Shown here: one piece after another, positions 13,184-25,205 of the stretch | How positions within the stretch are numbered: the stretch's first letter is position 1 | Layout of the letters: every line of letters starts with the position of its first letter | Assembly (NCBI RefSeq): GCF_013167455.1 | Contig: NZ_CP038328.1 | Strand: one strand, 5' to 3' | Source: Escherichia coli O157:H7 | GTDB taxonomy: Bacteria > Pseudomonadota > Gammaproteobacteria > Enterobacterales > Enterobacteriaceae | DNA: 64,000 bases | Notes under the pieces: generated by a model | The model's input: the letters and a program-made list of their open reading frames with translations, nothing else | Told to the model about the DNA's origin: nothing | Database searches by the model: none | Position numbers and translations under genes: made by a program

Positions 13184-13260
<77 letters not shown>

Positions 13261-13293
13261 TCACCGTACTGCTTTACTTCATCAAATTTTAAT

Positions 13294-13370
<77 letters not shown>

Positions 13371-13376
13371 TCCGTG

Positions 13377-13411
13377 GATGCGCACTATACTCCGCTCGCG
13401 TTTTCATGCAA
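13377..13411 (-). promoter_or_regulatory. Putative sigma70 promoter of the tRNA-fMet operon
   Basis: Minus strand TTGCAT (13406-13411), 16-nt spacer, TATAGT (13384-13389), then GC-rich discriminator GCGCATCC before the tRNA 5' end. Confidence 0.5.
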
Positions 13412-13578
13412 CCTTTTTTTTACCCCGATCACGGATCTGGCATGATTTTGAACAAAAACAAATCACTAAAGCCTATTTTTTGTGCAAAATTTGCGTCAGG
13501 GAGAGGCTGCTCATTTCATTAAACGCGGTGGTTTGTTATCTTCGTTGCGCCTTATTTTTTAACCTGAAGAAGAGAACA

Positions 13579-14676
13579 ATGAAAGGACGTTGGGTAAAGT
13601 ACCTTCTTATGGGCACGGTTGTGGCAATGCTTGCCGCCTGCTCTTCCAAACCAACCGATCGCGGACAGCAATATAAAGACGGGAAATTTACCCAGCCTTT
13701 CTCTCTGGTGAACCAGCCAGATGCCGTTGGCGCGCCGATTAACGCCGGTGATTTTGCCGAGCAAATTAACCATATCCGTAATTCGTCACCGCGTCTGTAT
13801 GGCAACCAGAGTAATGTTTATAACGCGGTGCAAGAGTGGCTGCGCGCAGGCGGTGATACCCGCAATATGCGCCAGTTCGGCATTGATGCCTGGCAGATGG
13901 AAGGTGCCGACAACTATGGTAACGTGCAGTTTACAGGCTATTACACGCCGGTAATTCAGGCGCGCCATACCCGCCAGGGCGAGTTCCAGTATCCTATTTA
14001 CCGTATGCCGCCAAAACGTGGTCGTCTGCCGTCTCGTGCGGAGATCTACGCGGGTGCATTGAGCGATAAGTACATCCTCGCTTACAGCAACTCTCTGATG
14101 GATAATTTCATTATGGATGTGCAGGGTAGTGGGTATATCGACTTTGGTGATGGCAGTCCGCTTAACTTTTTCAGCTATGCAGGGAAAAACGGTCATGCCT
14201 ATCGCAGCATTGGTAAGGTGCTGATCGACCGTGGCGAAGTGAAAAAAGAAGATATGTCGATGCAGGCGATTCGTCATTGGGGCGAAACACACAGTGAAGC
14301 CGAGGTTCGCGAGCTGCTGGAACAGAACCCGTCTTTCGTTTTCTTTAAACCGCAATCTTTTGCACCGGTGAAAGGGGCAAGTGCGGTGCCGCTGGTTGGC
14401 CGTGCTTCTGTTGCCTCTGATCGTTCCATTATCCCACCAGGTACAACCTTGCTGGCAGAAGTGCCGCTGCTGGATAATAACGGCAAATTTAACGGTCAGT
14501 ACGAATTGCGTCTGATGGTGGCGTTGGATGTCGGTGGCGCAATCAAAGGCCAACACTTCGATATTTATCAAGGGATCGGGCCGGAAGCCGGACACCGCGC
14601 AGGTTGGTACAACCACTATGGACGTGTCTGGGTGCTGAAAACCGCCCCGGGCGCAGGTAACGTCTTTAGCGGCTGA
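13579..14676 (+). CDS. mltA: Membrane-bound lytic murein transglycosylase A (lipoprotein)
   Basis: 365-aa protein from ATG 13579 (MKGRWVKYLLMGTVVAMLAACSS.. lipobox); ORF-track start 13297 runs through the tRNA gene and is an over-extension. Confidence 0.93.
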   Translation: MKGRWVKYLLMGTVVAMLAACSSKPTDRGQQYKDGKFTQPFSLVNQPDAVGAPINAGDFAEQINHIRNSSPRLYGNQSNVYNAVQEWLRAGGDTRNMRQFGIDAWQMEGADNYGNVQFTGYYTPVIQARHTRQGEFQYPIYRMPPKRGRLPSRAEIYAGALSDKYILAYSNSLMDNFIMDVQGSGYIDFGDGSPLNFFSYAGKNGHAYRSIGKVLIDRGEVKKEDMSMQAIRHWGETHSEAEVRELLEQNPSFVFFKPQSFAPVKGASAVPLVGRASVASDRSIIPPGTTLLAEVPLLDNNGKFNGQYELRLMVALDVGGAIKGQHFDIYQGIGPEAGHRAGWYNHYGRVWVLKTAPGAGNVFSG

Positions 14677-14763
14677 TGTGATATTCTGTATGCCGTTTTT
14701 ACGGATATGACAGGGTGAGGGGTAACCTCACATCCTGATTATTGACTAAGTGCGCGTTGTTCA

Positions 14764-14861
14764 TGCCGGATGCGGCGTGAACGCCTTATCCGGCCTACAA
14801 ATCATGCAAATCCAAAATATTGCAGGAGTTATGTAGGCCTGATAAGCGTAGCGCATCAGGC
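14764..14861. repeat. Pair of REP elements (BIME-like) in mltA-tcdA spacer
   Basis: GCCGGATGCGGCGTGAACGCCTTATCCGGCCTAC and inverted GTAGGCCTGATAAGCGTAGCGCATCAGGC match REP consensus. Confidence 0.6.
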
Positions 14862-14874
14862 ATTTATGCGTTTA

Positions 14875-14900
14875 GGGTGAGGGATAACCTCGCCCTTTTT
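14875..14900 (+). terminator. Intrinsic-terminator-like hairpin just upstream of tcdA
   Basis: GGGTGAGG-GATAA-CCTCGCCC stem (one G.U pair on plus-strand RNA) followed by TTTTT. Confidence 0.45.
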
Positions 14901-14914
14901 AATTCTGAGGTGCT

Positions 14915-15721
14915 ATGTCTGTGGTAATTAGTGATGCATGGCGTCAGCGTTTTGGTGGCACAGCGCGTCTGTATGGTGAAAAAGCGTTGCAACTGTTTGC
15001 TGACGCGCATATTTGTGTGGTCGGTATTGGCGGTGTCGGTTCCTGGGCGGCGGAAGCGCTGGCGCGCACGGGGATTGGCGCAATCACGCTTATCGATATG
15101 GATGATGTGTGCGTCACCAATACCAATCGGCAAATTCATGCCCTGCGCGATAACGTTGGGCTGGCAAAAGCGGAAGTCATGGCGGAACGTATTCGCCAGA
15201 TTAACTCGGAGTGCTGTGTAACGGTGGTGGATGATTTCGTGACGCCGGATAACGTAGCGCAGCATATGAGCGTGGGTTATTCGTACGTGATTGATGCCAT
15301 TGATAGTGTACGGCCCAAAGCGGCGCTGATTGCTTATTGTCGGCGCAATAAAATCCCGCTGGTCACGACCGGTGGCGCGGGTGGGCAGATTGACCCAACG
15401 CAGATTCAGGTTACCGATCTGGCGAAAACGATTCAGGACCCGCTGGCGGCGAAGTTGCGTGAGCGCCTGAAAAGCGATTTTGGCGTAGTGAAAAACAGTA
15501 AAGGTAAGCTCGGTGTGGATTGCGTGTTCTCTACCGAAGCATTGGTGTATCCGCAGTCAGACGGTACGGTGTGTGCGATGAAAGCCACGGCGGAAGGACC
15601 AAAGCGGATGGATTGTGCATCTGGATTTGGCGCGGCAACGATGGTGACCGCCACCTTTGGTTTTGTTGCGGTTTCTCATGCGCTGAAGAAGATGATGGCG
15701 AAAGCGGCGCGTCAGGGGTAA
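14915..15721 (+). CDS. tcdA: tRNA threonylcarbamoyladenosine dehydratase (E1-like, ThiF/MoeB fold)
   Basis: 268-aa ORF; nucleotide-binding motif VVGIGGVGSWAAEALARTG; convergent with csdE. Confidence 0.88.
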   Translation: MSVVISDAWRQRFGGTARLYGEKALQLFADAHICVVGIGGVGSWAAEALARTGIGAITLIDMDDVCVTNTNRQIHALRDNVGLAKAEVMAERIRQINSECCVTVVDDFVTPDNVAQHMSVGYSYVIDAIDSVRPKAALIAYCRRNKIPLVTTGGAGGQIDPTQIQVTDLAKTIQDPLAAKLRERLKSDFGVVKNSKGKLGVDCVFSTEALVYPQSDGTVCAMKATAEGPKRMDCASGFGAATMVTATFGFVAVSHALKKMMAKAARQG

Positions 15722-15771
15722 ACAATCAGGTCGGATGCGACGCAAACGTCTTATCCGACCCGGTTCTGTGC

Positions 15772-16215
15772 TTAAACCTGCTTCGTCGCAGCGATAATCG
15801 CCTCGCTTAACGCATTTAACCCCTGGCTGCGTGAGGCGCTAAGTTGCGCACGCAATCCCAGCTCATCAAACAATGCCAGCGGCGACTGTGCCTGCAATTC
15901 GGCGGCGGTTTTCCCCTCAACGGCAGTCAACAGCACCGCCAGGAGGCCGCGCACTATACGTCCTTCGCTGTCGCCAAAGAAGTGCATTTTACCGTTTTCA
16001 GCCACGGTATATCCCAGCCAGACGCGGTTTTCGCATCCGGCAATCTCTTTAGCCTGCGCTTTTAACTCGTCTGGCAAAGCCGGAAGCTGTTTCCCCAGCA
16101 TGATCAACTGGCGATATTTATCTTCCCATTGCGTCAACGGTGCGAAGGTATTGCGTAACGTTTCTGCGGTTACGGTTGTGCCGAACGGATGTCCGGCGAA
16201 TTGCGGGTTCGTCAT
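15772..16215 (-). CDS. csdE: Sulfur acceptor protein CsdE (SufE-like)
   Basis: 147-aa ORF recognised as CsdE; start overlaps csdA stop. Confidence 0.88.
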
Positions 16216-17420
16216 TAATCCACCAATAATTCCAGCGCGCGGTCAACGGCATTCACCAGCGCATCCACATCACTCTTTGTATTATATGGCGCAAAAGAGG
16301 CGCGCAGTGTGCCGGTCACGCCTAATTCTGCCAGTAGCGGCTGAGCGCAATGTTGCCCGGCCCGCAAGGCAATACCGTACTCCGCCAGCAGCGTCACCAT
16401 ATCGCTGTGATGAACGCCAGCAAAATCAAAGGCCAGCAGGCTGGAATCCTGGCAGCGGAATGAACGAAAGCCTGGACGTTTCGCCAGCGCATCTTCCGCC
16501 AGCGTTGCTAAGCTACGGCTCCAGTTTTCGGCCTGGTTGATATCGTAATCTGCCAGCCATTCCAGCGCCGCGCTTAATCCTATGACACCAGCCACATTTG
16601 GCGTTCCTGCTTCCAGTTTCCACGGCGCAGATTGAGTCGTGAAGCCGTCAAAACTCACTTCGTGAACCATTTTGCCGCCGCCCAGCCAGGGCGACATCGC
16701 TTCCAGCAGTTCTGATTTGCCATACAGCACGCCGATACCCGTCGGGCCATACAGTTTGTGACCAGAGAAAGCATAGAAATCGATATCCAGTTGCTGAACA
16801 TCCGCGGGGAAATGCACCGCCCCCTGAGCACCATCAACTATCACCACTATCCCGGCTGAATGAGCAAAGGTAATCGCTCGCGCCAGATCCGGGCAACCGC
16901 CAGTTACGTTCGACATCTGACCCAACGCCAGAATCCGACTACGGGGAGTAATCAGTTCCGGCAGCAAATCGACATCTGGCAGTCGCTGCGCATTAAGCGG
17001 CAATTTGACCACTTTGGCTCCAGTTTGTTGGGCGACCATCAGCCAGGGGACGAGGTTGGCGTGGTGTTCTGCCACGCTGACAATAATCTCATCGCCCGGT
17101 TGTAGACGCGGACGCGCATAGCATTGTGCCACCATGTTGATGGATTCAGTGGTGCCGCGCGTCCAGACGATAGTTTTATCATCCGGTGCATTCAGTAATT
17201 GCGCCACTTTCTCTCGTGCAGCTTCATAACGCGCGGTCAGGCGTTGGGCTTCGGCAAACTGGCTGCGATGGACGTTTCCGGCGCTCAGACTGTAAAACTG
17301 TCGGGTGGCTTCAACCACGGCTTCAGGTTTAAGCGCGGTCGCGGCGCTGTCGAGATAGACGCCCGCATCCTGTAGAGCGGGAAACTGGGCGCGAAACTGC
17401 GCGGGATTAAAAACGTTCAT
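16215..17420 (-). CDS. csdA: Cysteine sulfinate desulfinase / cysteine desulfurase CsdA
   Basis: 401-aa protein from ATG 17418-17420 ([16 protein letters not shown]..) preceded by GAGGAG; PLP-enzyme motif [13 protein letters not shown]-track start is 12 codons upstream. Confidence 0.9.
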
Positions 17421-17611
17421 GGTACTCCTCGGCTTGATGCACCGATCGTGACGCAAAATTCACTTTGATACAAGGAGAGTGCTAACCATCAGAATTATCT
17501 GGATATCCTGGCGAAGCCGCGTCAGTAACATATGCTGAATAGTGTTAGGCGTTAATTTTAGCCTGTTAATCAATACTATTAAGATTTATTAATCGCTTTA
17601 AGGAGAAGATG

Positions 17612-17839
17612 ATGAAAAAGACTGCCGCAATTATTTCTGCCTGTATGCTGACTTTTGCCCTGAGCGCCTGTTCCGGTTCGAACTATGTGATGCACACCAA
17701 TGACGGACGTACCATCGTCTCTGACGGCAAACCACAGACTGATAACGATACCGGTATGATTTCGTATAAAGACGCTAATGGCAACAAACAGCAGATCAAC
17801 CGTACCGACGTGAAAGAGATGGTCGAACTGGATCAGTAA
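17612..17839 (+). CDS. ygdI: Small lipoprotein YgdI (DUF903)
   Basis: 75-aa ORF with lipobox LSACSG; AGGAG 6 nt upstream of the second ATG. Confidence 0.85.
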   Translation: MKKTAAIISACMLTFALSACSGSNYVMHTNDGRTIVSDGKPQTDNDTGMISYKDANGNKQQINRTDVKEMVELDQ

Positions 17840-17855
17840 TTCGCGATCGCAAGGT

Positions 17856-18061
17856 AAAAAAAAGCACCGCAATTAGGCGGTGCTACATTAATCACTATGG
17901 ACAGACAGGGTAAATGTACAGGAAGTGAAAAAAGGTAGCTTTGCTACCATGGTCTGAATCGCAGACCAATTGCAAACACAACAACACAACATCACAACCG
18001 TAAGCCAAAAGTTCACCAGAACACGCATTCCGATAAAACTTTTCGTTCCGGCTCAGGAAGT
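17856..18061 (-). ncRNA. gcvB: GcvB small regulatory RNA
   Basis: Reverse complement reads ACTTCCTGAGCCGGAACG...GUUGUGAUGUUGUGUUGUUGUGUUUG (GU-rich seed)...GCACCGCCTAATTGCGGTGCTTTTTTTT terminator; divergent from gcvA. Confidence 0.9.
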
Positions 18062-18189
18062 GCCGCCACTATAGGTATTTGCTGGTAGAAGCTCAACGGA
18101 CAATTTATAATGGCTCAGATTAAAAAAACTAATAGGTTACACAGTGTGATCTAATTGTTAAATTCATTTAACATCAAAGTTTAAAAGCC

Positions 18190-19107
18190 ATGTCTAAACG
18201 ATTACCACCGCTAAATGCCTTACGAGTTTTTGATGCCGCAGCACGCCATTTAAGTTTCACTCGCGCAGCAGAAGAGCTTTTTGTGACCCAGGCCGCAGTA
18301 AGTCATCAAATCAAGTCTCTTGAGGATTTTTTGGGGCTAAAACTGTTCCGCCGCCGTAATCGTTCACTCCTGCTGACCGAGGAAGGGCAAAGCTATTTCC
18401 TCGATATCAAAGAGATATTTTCGCAATTAACCGAAGCGACGCGTAAACTCCAGGCCCGTAGCGCCAAGGGGGCGTTGACGGTCAGTTTACTCCCCAGTTT
18501 CGCCATTCATTGGTTGGTTCCGCGACTTTCCAGCTTTAATTCAGCTTATCCGGGAATTGACGTTCGAATCCAGGCGGTTGATCGTCAGGAAGATAAGCTG
18601 GCGGATGATGTTGATGTGGCGATATTTTATGGTCGGGGCAACTGGCCGGGGCTACGGGTGGAAAAACTGTACGCCGAATATTTATTGCCGGTGTGTTCGC
18701 CGCTACTGCTGACTGGCGAAAAACCCTTGAAGACCCCGGAAGATCTGGCTAAACATACGTTATTACATGATGCGTCACGCCGTGACTGGCAGACATATAC
18801 TCGTCAATTGGGGTTAAATCATATCAACGTTCAGCAAGGGCCAATTTTTAGCCATAGCGCCATGGTGCTGCAAGCGGCTATTCACGGGCAGGGAGTGGCG
18901 CTGGCAAATAACGTGATGGCGCAATCTGAAATTGAAGCCGGACGTCTTGTTTGCCCGTTTAATGATGTTCTGGTCAGTAAAAACGCTTTTTATCTGGTTT
19001 GTCATGACAGCCAGGCAGAACTGGGTAAAATAGCCGCCTTTCGCCAATGGATCCTGGCGAAAGCCGCTGCTGAACAAGAAAAATTCCGCTTTCGTTATGA
19101 ACAATAA
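18190..19107 (+). CDS. gcvA: LysR-type transcriptional regulator of the glycine cleavage system
   Basis: 305-aa ORF; N-terminal HTH LNALRVFDAAARHLSFTRAAEELFVTQAAVSHQIK. Confidence 0.95.
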   Translation: MSKRLPPLNALRVFDAAARHLSFTRAAEELFVTQAAVSHQIKSLEDFLGLKLFRRRNRSLLLTEEGQSYFLDIKEIFSQLTEATRKLQARSAKGALTVSLLPSFAIHWLVPRLSSFNSAYPGIDVRIQAVDRQEDKLADDVDVAIFYGRGNWPGLRVEKLYAEYLLPVCSPLLLTGEKPLKTPEDLAKHTLLHDASRRDWQTYTRQLGLNHINVQQGPIFSHSAMVLQAAIHGQGVALANNVMAQSEIEAGRLVCPFNDVLVSKNAFYLVCHDSQAELGKIAAFRQWILAKAAAEQEKFRFRYEQ

Positions 19108-19125
19108 TTTACGTAGGGTACGACC

Positions 19126-19521
19126 ATGACCAGCCGTTTTATGCTGATTTTCGCCGCCATTAGCGGCTTCATTTTTGTGGCACTGGGCGCTTTTGGCGCG
19201 CATGTGTTAAGTAAAACCATGGGGGCCGTTGAGATGGGCTGGATCCAGACCGGCCTCGAATACCAGGCGTTTCATACGCTGGCGATCTTAGGTCTGGCGG
19301 TGGCAATGCAGCGTCGCATCAGTATCTGGTTTTACTGGAGTAGCGTTTTCCTCGCGTTAGGCACGGTGCTGTTCAGCGGCAGCCTTTATTGCCTGGCACT
19401 GTCCCATCTGCGTTTGTGGGCGTTTGTCACTCCGGTTGGCGGCGTGAGCTTCCTTGCGGGCTGGGCGTTAATGTTAGTTGGTGCTATCCGTTTAAAGCGC
19501 AAGGGCGTAAGTCATGAATAA
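19126..19521 (+). CDS. ygdD: Inner-membrane protein YgdD (DUF423)
   Basis: 131-aa hydrophobic ORF; 8-nt overlap with rlmM start. Confidence 0.85.
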
Positions 19522-20614
19522 GGTTGTATTGCTGTGCCGTCCGGGCTTTGAAAAAGAGTGCGCCGCAGAAATTACCGATAAAGCCGGCCAGCGGGAGATT
19601 TTCGGTTTTGCCCGCGTGAAAGAGAATGCGGGTTATGTCATTTATGAATGTTATCAACCTGATGATGGCGATAAGTTAATCCGTGAGCTGCCGTTCAGTT
19701 CATTAATTTTTGCCCGCCAGTGGTTTGTGGTGGGGGAACTCTTGCAGCATTTGCCGCCAGAAGATCGTATTACCCCCATTGTCGGCATGTTGCAGGGCGT
19801 AGTAGAGAAGGGCGGTGAACTGCGTGTTGAAGTTGCCGATACCAACGAAAGCAAAGAGTTGCTGAAATTCTGCCGTAAATTCACCGTGCCGCTACGCGCT
19901 GCCTTGCGCGATGCCGGGGTGCTGGCGAACTATGAAACGCCGAAGCGTCCGGTTGTGCATGTATTCTTTATTGCACCAGGCTGCTGCTATACCGGTTACT
20001 CATACAGCAACAATAATTCGCCGTTCTATATGGGCATTCCGCGCCTGAAATTTCCGGCAGATGCGCCGAGTCGTTCCACGCTCAAACTGGAAGAGGCATT
20101 TCATGTGTTTATTCCTGCGGATGAGTGGGATGAACGCCTGGCGAACGGGATGTGGGCGGTGGATTTAGGCGCTTGCCCTGGCGGCTGGACCTACCAACTG
20201 GTGAAGCGCAACATGTGGGTTTATTCCGTCGACAACGGCCCGATGGCGCAAAGTCTGATGGATACCGGACAGGTGACGTGGCTGCGGGAAGACGGTTTCA
20301 AATTCCGTCCGACGCGCAGCAATATCTCCTGGATGGTATGCGATATGGTTGAAAAACCGGCGAAAGTTGCGGCATTGATGGCGCAGTGGCTGGTTAATGG
20401 CTGGTGTCGTGAAACCATTTTCAACCTCAAACTGCCGATGAAAAAACGCTACGAAGAAGTGTCACACAATCTGGCGTATATTCAGGCACAGCTTGATGAA
20501 CATGGCATAAATGCTCAGATTCAGGCGCGGCAGTTGTATCACGATCGCGAAGAAGTGACGGTGCACGTCCGCCGTATCTGGGCTGCGGTGGGTGGTCGTC
20601 GCGACGAGCGATAA
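19514..20614 (+). CDS. rlmM: 23S rRNA 2'-O-ribose C2498 methyltransferase
   Basis: 366-aa ORF recognised as RlmM (YgdE). Confidence 0.88.
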
Positions 20615-20657
20615 CAGGCAAGGCCGGGGCGTCGTCTCCGGCCTGCTACCCTTTCCG

Positions 20658-21389
20658 TCAGCCTGTTACCAAAGAAGTTGCAACCTGGCGTTCATCAGAA
20701 ATAATGTGCGTTACCTCATCCAGATGCCCGATGCGGGCTTCCCCTGAACGATTAAATTTACTTTTATCAATCAATAACAACGATTGCGCGGCGCGTTTTA
20801 ATAGCATTGATTTGTAATCAGCGTTGATAGCATTGGAGTCCCACAGTGCGCCGCTGCTATCGATCCCTTCACAAGAAAAAATAAACAGATCGATTTCCAG
20901 CGATTTAAGTTGGGAAATCAGCGAGGGATTGACGTAACAGCCATATTTGCGCTCAAGTGTGCCGCCGGAACTGATCAGTTGAATGCGTTCGCGTTTACCG
21001 AGTTCATGGCAAATCGGATGGCTATTGGTGAAGACCTGAATGTTGATGTCAGGCAACTGGCGTGCCAGATACCAGCAAGTTGAACTGGCGTCTAAGGCTA
21101 TCACCATCCCTTCTTCAATCCACGCGAGCGCCTCGCGCGCGATATCTGCTTTATGCGCATAATGGCTTTTCAGCCTGATGTGAAAGGGATCGCCACTGTC
21201 TTGATTTTGACGGTGGATATATTTAGCGCGTCCATGATTGCGCAGAATTTTACCCTGCGTCTGTAATTCATTGAGATCGCGACGAATGGTTTCTTTACTG
21301 ACCTTTAGCTGTTCAGAGAGAGCTTCCGTGGTCAGGCTGGTATGGTTCAGCAGCAGGTCGACTATCGCTTGCTGGCGTGCCGCTTTCAT
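20658..21389 (-). CDS. fucR: DeoR-family activator of the L-fucose regulon
   Basis: 243-aa protein from MKAARQQAIVDLL..; N-terminal HTH; located downstream of fucU. Confidence 0.9.
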   Translation of the reverse strand: MKAARQQAIVDLLLNHTSLTTEALSEQLKVSKETIRRDLNELQTQGKILRNHGRAKYIHRQNQDSGDPFHIRLKSHYAHKADIAREALAWIEEGMVIALDASSTCWYLARQLPDINIQVFTNSHPICHELGKRERIQLISSGGTLERKYGCYVNPSLISQLKSLEIDLFIFSCEGIDSSGALWDSNAINADYKSMLLKRAAQSLLLIDKSKFNRSGEARIGHLDEVTHIISDERQVATSLVTG

Positions 21390-21446
21390 ATTTTTCACCC
21401 CATCATTCGATAACCGCCCGCGTCATGCGGGCGTACCGGTATGAGA

Positions 21447-21869
21447 TTACGGTGTTACCCCTTTTTTTAAAAGAATATTCCCGTACTTCGCTCGTTCGCC
21501 TGTGATAACGATCGCAAAGGCTTTTTGCGCCCGTTCATAAAACGCAAAACGATTGATGCGGATGATGTCAGGACACGGGGCTTGTAGTGAAAGCGCATTA
21601 CGGTAACGTCGTTCTACTTCAGGATCGAGAGTGTCACCTTCTACCGCTGCCATCATCACCAGCGGCGGTGCATAACTGTCCAGCTCAAATAACGGGATAA
21701 TCGCCTGGAGCAAGTCGCTCACCAACAGGCCATCAGCGCGGATCACCTGCGGTCCCATCGAATGGGCGGGAAAGTGAGCATCGGAAAAAATAATTTCATC
21801 TCCATGTCCCATCTCTGCCAGCACTTTCAATAGTTCGGGAGAAATTAACGGCGAAATTGTTTTCAGCAT
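21447..21869 (-). CDS. fucU: L-fucose mutarotase
   Basis: 140-aa ORF recognised as FucU (RbsD/FucU family). Confidence 0.9.
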
Positions 21870-21870
21870 T

Positions 21871-23289
21871 TCACACTTCCTCTATAAATTCAGGTTCAGT
21901 TTGCGGGTAGAAATAACGGAACTGATAATGAATCTGTGCACGGGCTTCTTCCGGGCTGTTAAATTCCCCTACGCCATACCAACCGAACAGCGCAGCTCCT
22001 GCGACGGTCGTTTCGGCGTCGTCGAGAACTTTTAACGGAATATCAAGCATATTGGCTTTAATCTGATTCCACAATGTGTTGCGACTTCCTCCACCGACTA
22101 ACAATAATTCAGAGGCCTTAAAGTGCCCGATTTTTTCCAGCATCTGTAGATTGCGCTGTAATTGCGCAGTTAACCCTTCCAGCGCCGCGCGATAGAAATG
22201 CCCCCGCGTGGTATTAAGCGTCACTCCTTGCCAGCCAGCGTTCTGACACGACAATAAATCACACTGCATTTTCACGCCATCCGCGCCAGGCGCGATCAGA
22301 CGAGCCTCTTCAATCAACATTTGCCAGGGTGTTTCAGCCGTCCAGAACAGTTTTCTCACCCATTCCAGCACACCGGATGCCAGCCATTGCATACCTGGGT
22401 TATACAACCCTGCCTGGCTATCCAGTTCGCAGGTGGAACCGGCGTACTGACTTAACAGCGAAGTATCAACCTGGGCGCTGCGAACCATTAAAATTTCCCA
22501 TGTACCGGAAGAGAGCACGGGTTCATTTTGTTCAGCACCAGCGCCAAAAAGGGCGAACTGGGTATCGTGACCTGCGGAAATCACCGGTATGCCAACGGGT
22601 AAGCCGAGCATTGCTGCGGCGCTGTTCTGTAGCGTACCAATCTGTTCACCCGCTTCCACCAGACGAGGGAAGAGTCGGCGTGGAATACCGGTGGCTTGTA
22701 AAATTTGCGGACTGAAATCGCGTTGCTGGATATCCAGCATCTGGCTGGTTCCGGCCATCGTGATATCAGTAGTGAATTCGCCGGTTAAACGGTGGTTAAT
22801 CAGCGACGAAATAAAGAGCCAGGCGTGCGCGCGTTCCAGCAGTTGTGGATGATTTTCTTTCAACCACACCAACTTATATAACGTATTGAAACTAAAGGCT
22901 CCGACGCCAGAAATAGCCTGCAACCGCTGTGCGGAGATTAACCGTTCAATATTGTCCATAACCGCTGCTGTTCGCGGACATTTCCAGCTAATGATCGGAT
23001 AGAGCAGATTGCCTTGCTTATCTACCAGAGCGCCATCCACACCAAAGGTGGTGACGGCGATACCGCGGATGTGGCATTCAGTCAGTTCACTATTGATTTG
23101 CCGACAGCAATCAGCAAAGCGTTGCAAAATGGCGTCTAAAGACCACTGGTGCCAGGTGTTGTTTTCCATCGCGATATCGCTGGCATTAGGCGTTGAGGCG
23201 CGGGCAACAATTTTTCCCTGCCGATTAACCGCGATGGCCCTGACATTGGTCGCGCCACAGTCGAGTACCAGGATCACTTCTTGTTTCAT
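21871..23289 (-). CDS. fucK: L-fuculokinase (FGGY kinase)
   Basis: Start chosen at ATG 23287-23289 ([18 protein letters not shown]..) with AGGAG 6 nt upstream; alternative upstream ATG at 23319 gives the 482-aa ORF-track version. Confidence 0.88.
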
Positions 23290-23397
23290 GATCGCTCCTG
23301 CAATATAGCCGGATAACATTGCTTATCCGGCTAACCACTCTTGCTTGTTCAGGCCCGGCAGCCGGAGCGACCGGGCATCACATCAGGGAGTAATGTA

Positions 23398-25173
23398 TTA
23401 ACGCTTGTACAACGGACCGTAGTTCTGGCAAGCGCGGTAATCCTGGCCTTCAATATCCATGCCGTGCGCAGCCCAGGCAGAAGGACGATACACTTTGGTC
23501 TCTTCAACGTTGTGCATACATACCGGGATACGCAGCATGGAGGCGAGAGTGATAAAGTCTGCGCCAACGTGGCCGATGGTCAGAACCCCATGGTTAGCGC
23601 CCCAGTTCGCCATTACCGAGTACACATCCGTAAACGGCCCTTTACCGGTGAGGCGCGGTGCAAACCAGGTGGTTGGCCAGGTTGAGTTGGTGCGTTTGTT
23701 GAGGATGTCATGCACATCCTTCGGCAATTCCACGCTCCAGCCTTCCGCGATTTGCAGTACCGGTCCCAGGCCTTTGATGATGTTGACACGAGTCATGGTG
23801 AACGGGACGCCGCCTTCGGTAAGGAAGCGGGAAGAGTAACCGCCGCCACGGAAGTATTCGTGGATCGCCGGGCACCATTCGGTAGCGGCGAGGCAAGCGT
23901 CAGCCTCTTGCTGAGAGATTTCCCAGTGCGGCTTCATCGTCGGGTTACCTTCGCTGTCGCGTTGTTTACAGGAACCGTCCAGCGCAGCAGAACCGGAGTT
24001 GATCAAATGGATGATGCCGTGTTCTGCCAGTCCATCCAGTTTATGCCCCGTTACACGCTCAATTGCTTCTGGTGACCAGTAGGTACGCACATCGGCAAAT
24101 ACCTGAGCGGTGCCGGTGAGCTGGTGACCCATTAGCATTGCCACGCCGTTAAGACTGTCGTTTTCGGTCGCCACGACAAAGGGTTCGCGCACGCCATTCC
24201 AGTCAAATGAACTGTTGAGGATCGCTTCGGCGGTGTCACCATTGGGATATTGATCGGTCCAGTGACGTTGCCCCTGGAAGCCCGCAGCGATGGCGTTGTA
24301 GCCAAGTGATTCTTCCACGCGACCAATATCGGCCAGTTTGCTGTTGCCTTGCATCATGTCGCGGATACACATCGCCATCAGTAAACTTTCGCGCAGAACT
24401 GCGCGGCTTTGCTCGGCATTGCGTTGATACTGTTTGTTATTTTCATCTTCGCCATAGCGGAAGTTTTTATCAGCCCAGGCCAGTGCCATTTCCAGTTCGG
24501 CTTCGTCGTAAATCTTCTGATCGATACGGCGACGCAGTTCGGTCATATCCACCGCCTGGACTTTCATTCCCAGCCAGGATTCAAAGAAGTTGTGATCAAC
24601 AATAGAACCGGCGATACCCATCGAAACGCCGCCCAGCGACAGATAGCTTTTACCTTTCATGCTGGCGACGGCCAAACCGGCGCGGGCAAAGCGCAGCAGT
24701 TTTTCTTCAACATCGGCAGGAATCGATGTGTCATCGGCATCCTGAACGTCATGACCGTAAATGGAGAATGCCGGGATGCCTTTCTGGCTGTGAGCTGCCA
24801 GAGCCGCTGCCAGGTAAACAGCGCCGGGACGTTCAGTGCCGTTAAAGCCCCAAATGGCTTTCGGGCGGGTTGGATCCATGTCGATGGTTTCACTGCCATA
24901 GCACCAGCAAGGCGTTACCGTAATGGTGAGGCCTACATTCTGGCTGCTGAATTTTTCTTCGCAAGCAGCGGCTTCAGCCATACCCGCGATACAGGTATCG
25001 GAAATGACACACTCGACGGCAGCTCCGCAGGCATGGCGCAGTTTCTCGGTCAGCAGTGCGGCCGTAGCTTTCGCCATATTCATTGTTTGTTCTTCAAGCG
25101 ACTCACGAACACCCATGCGACGACCGTCAATAACCGGGCGGATACCAATTTTCGGTAAGCTGATTTTGTTCAT
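23398..25173 (-). CDS. fucI: L-fucose isomerase
   Basis: 591-aa ORF recognised as FucI. Confidence 0.95.
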
Positions 25174-25205
25174 TACAGATTCCTCACTTTATTCGGAAAA
25201 TATGT

